A DNA stretch of 64,000 bases from Nymphaea colorata (taxonomy: Eukaryota): assembly GCF_008831285.2 (NCBI RefSeq), contig NC_045138.2, forward strand, positions 18,104,001 to 18,168,000, written 5' to 3'. This document shows positions 63,469 through 64,000 of this stretch, one piece after another. Each line of letters begins with the position of its first letter. Position 1 is the first letter of the stretch. The translations under genes were made by a program, and so were the position numbers. Under the pieces are notes generated by a model. That model saw nothing but the letters and a program-made list of their open reading frames with translations. It was not told the DNA's origin and made no database searches.

Positions 63469-64000
63469 ACATAGGAATATAGATACAAAAGATATCAGTC
63501 ATTTCTCTCCCTCCTTCCACACACGCCCACACACACACACACAAAACACCAATCCCTTTGTTCTTAATACTTTTACTTTCTCCTGTTAACCTTATCACGG
63601 ATCTTTAAATCTAAAATATCGTGAACTTATAAAAAAAGATGTTTTTTAATATCCAGATACAATTTTGTATGATTTTAATTTGCTTTCATCATTTTGGTTT
63701 AACACATCCAACACGTATAGATATGTGCAATGTGCCCAATTTCAACCTGGTGTTCTGTATATAAAAAAGAAAAACAATGAAATCAAGTGAAGAAATATAT
63801 ATCTATGTAGCTTCTTAACAAATAAAATTATCAGGTTATTTGAAAGGGGAAAAAAAGGAGATTAAGGTAAGGATGCCAACAAATCCGATTTTGATTGGGT
63901 ATATCCGACCAAACTGTTCCAAAAAAAAATTGGATATGGAAAAACATTTAATATCTATTTAAAAAATCAGATCCGATTCGGATTTGAGAAATGACATCTG

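Noticed and set aside
62556..63598. ORFs with YI, ER or poly-F runs, here and elsewhere
   Set aside because: Artefacts of microsatellites and homopolymers.
1..64000. CRISPR arrays, rRNA/tRNA genes, prokaryotic systems
   Set aside because: Eukaryotic intron-containing DNA; no repeat-spacer array or structural RNA gene recognised. tRNA-complementary sequence is limited to retrotransposon PBSs.

Overview
Plant (angiosperm-type) nuclear genomic DNA with spliceosomal introns, microsatellites and many transposon remnants. Left third: a tandem array of four two-exon chlorophyllase-family (alpha/beta hydrolase) genes on the minus strand. One is canonical; three are diverged, and one of those has GHSWGG and Glu at the catalytic-Asp position. 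Next is a Ty1/copia (RE1-like) element with 304-bp LTRs and non-canonical TA...TA termini, nested in a decayed LINE. Right two-thirds: a LIFEGUARD/BI-1 (TMBIM) cluster containing one intact gene, one gene with a replaced C-terminus followed by an old copia element, one gene missing its start codon, and two small remnants (one inverted). An intronless E-class PPR gene lies within the cluster. The least explained structures are two kb-scale foldbacks: 50062-51382, fused to an antisense LIFEGUARD exon-4 fragment, and 60817-61827, a near-perfect hairpin next to a SWI3C exon fragment. A TRIM mini-retrotransposon lies at about 60074-60487. Boundaries and identities were read by eye; no database search was run, so nothing here is shown to be novel.
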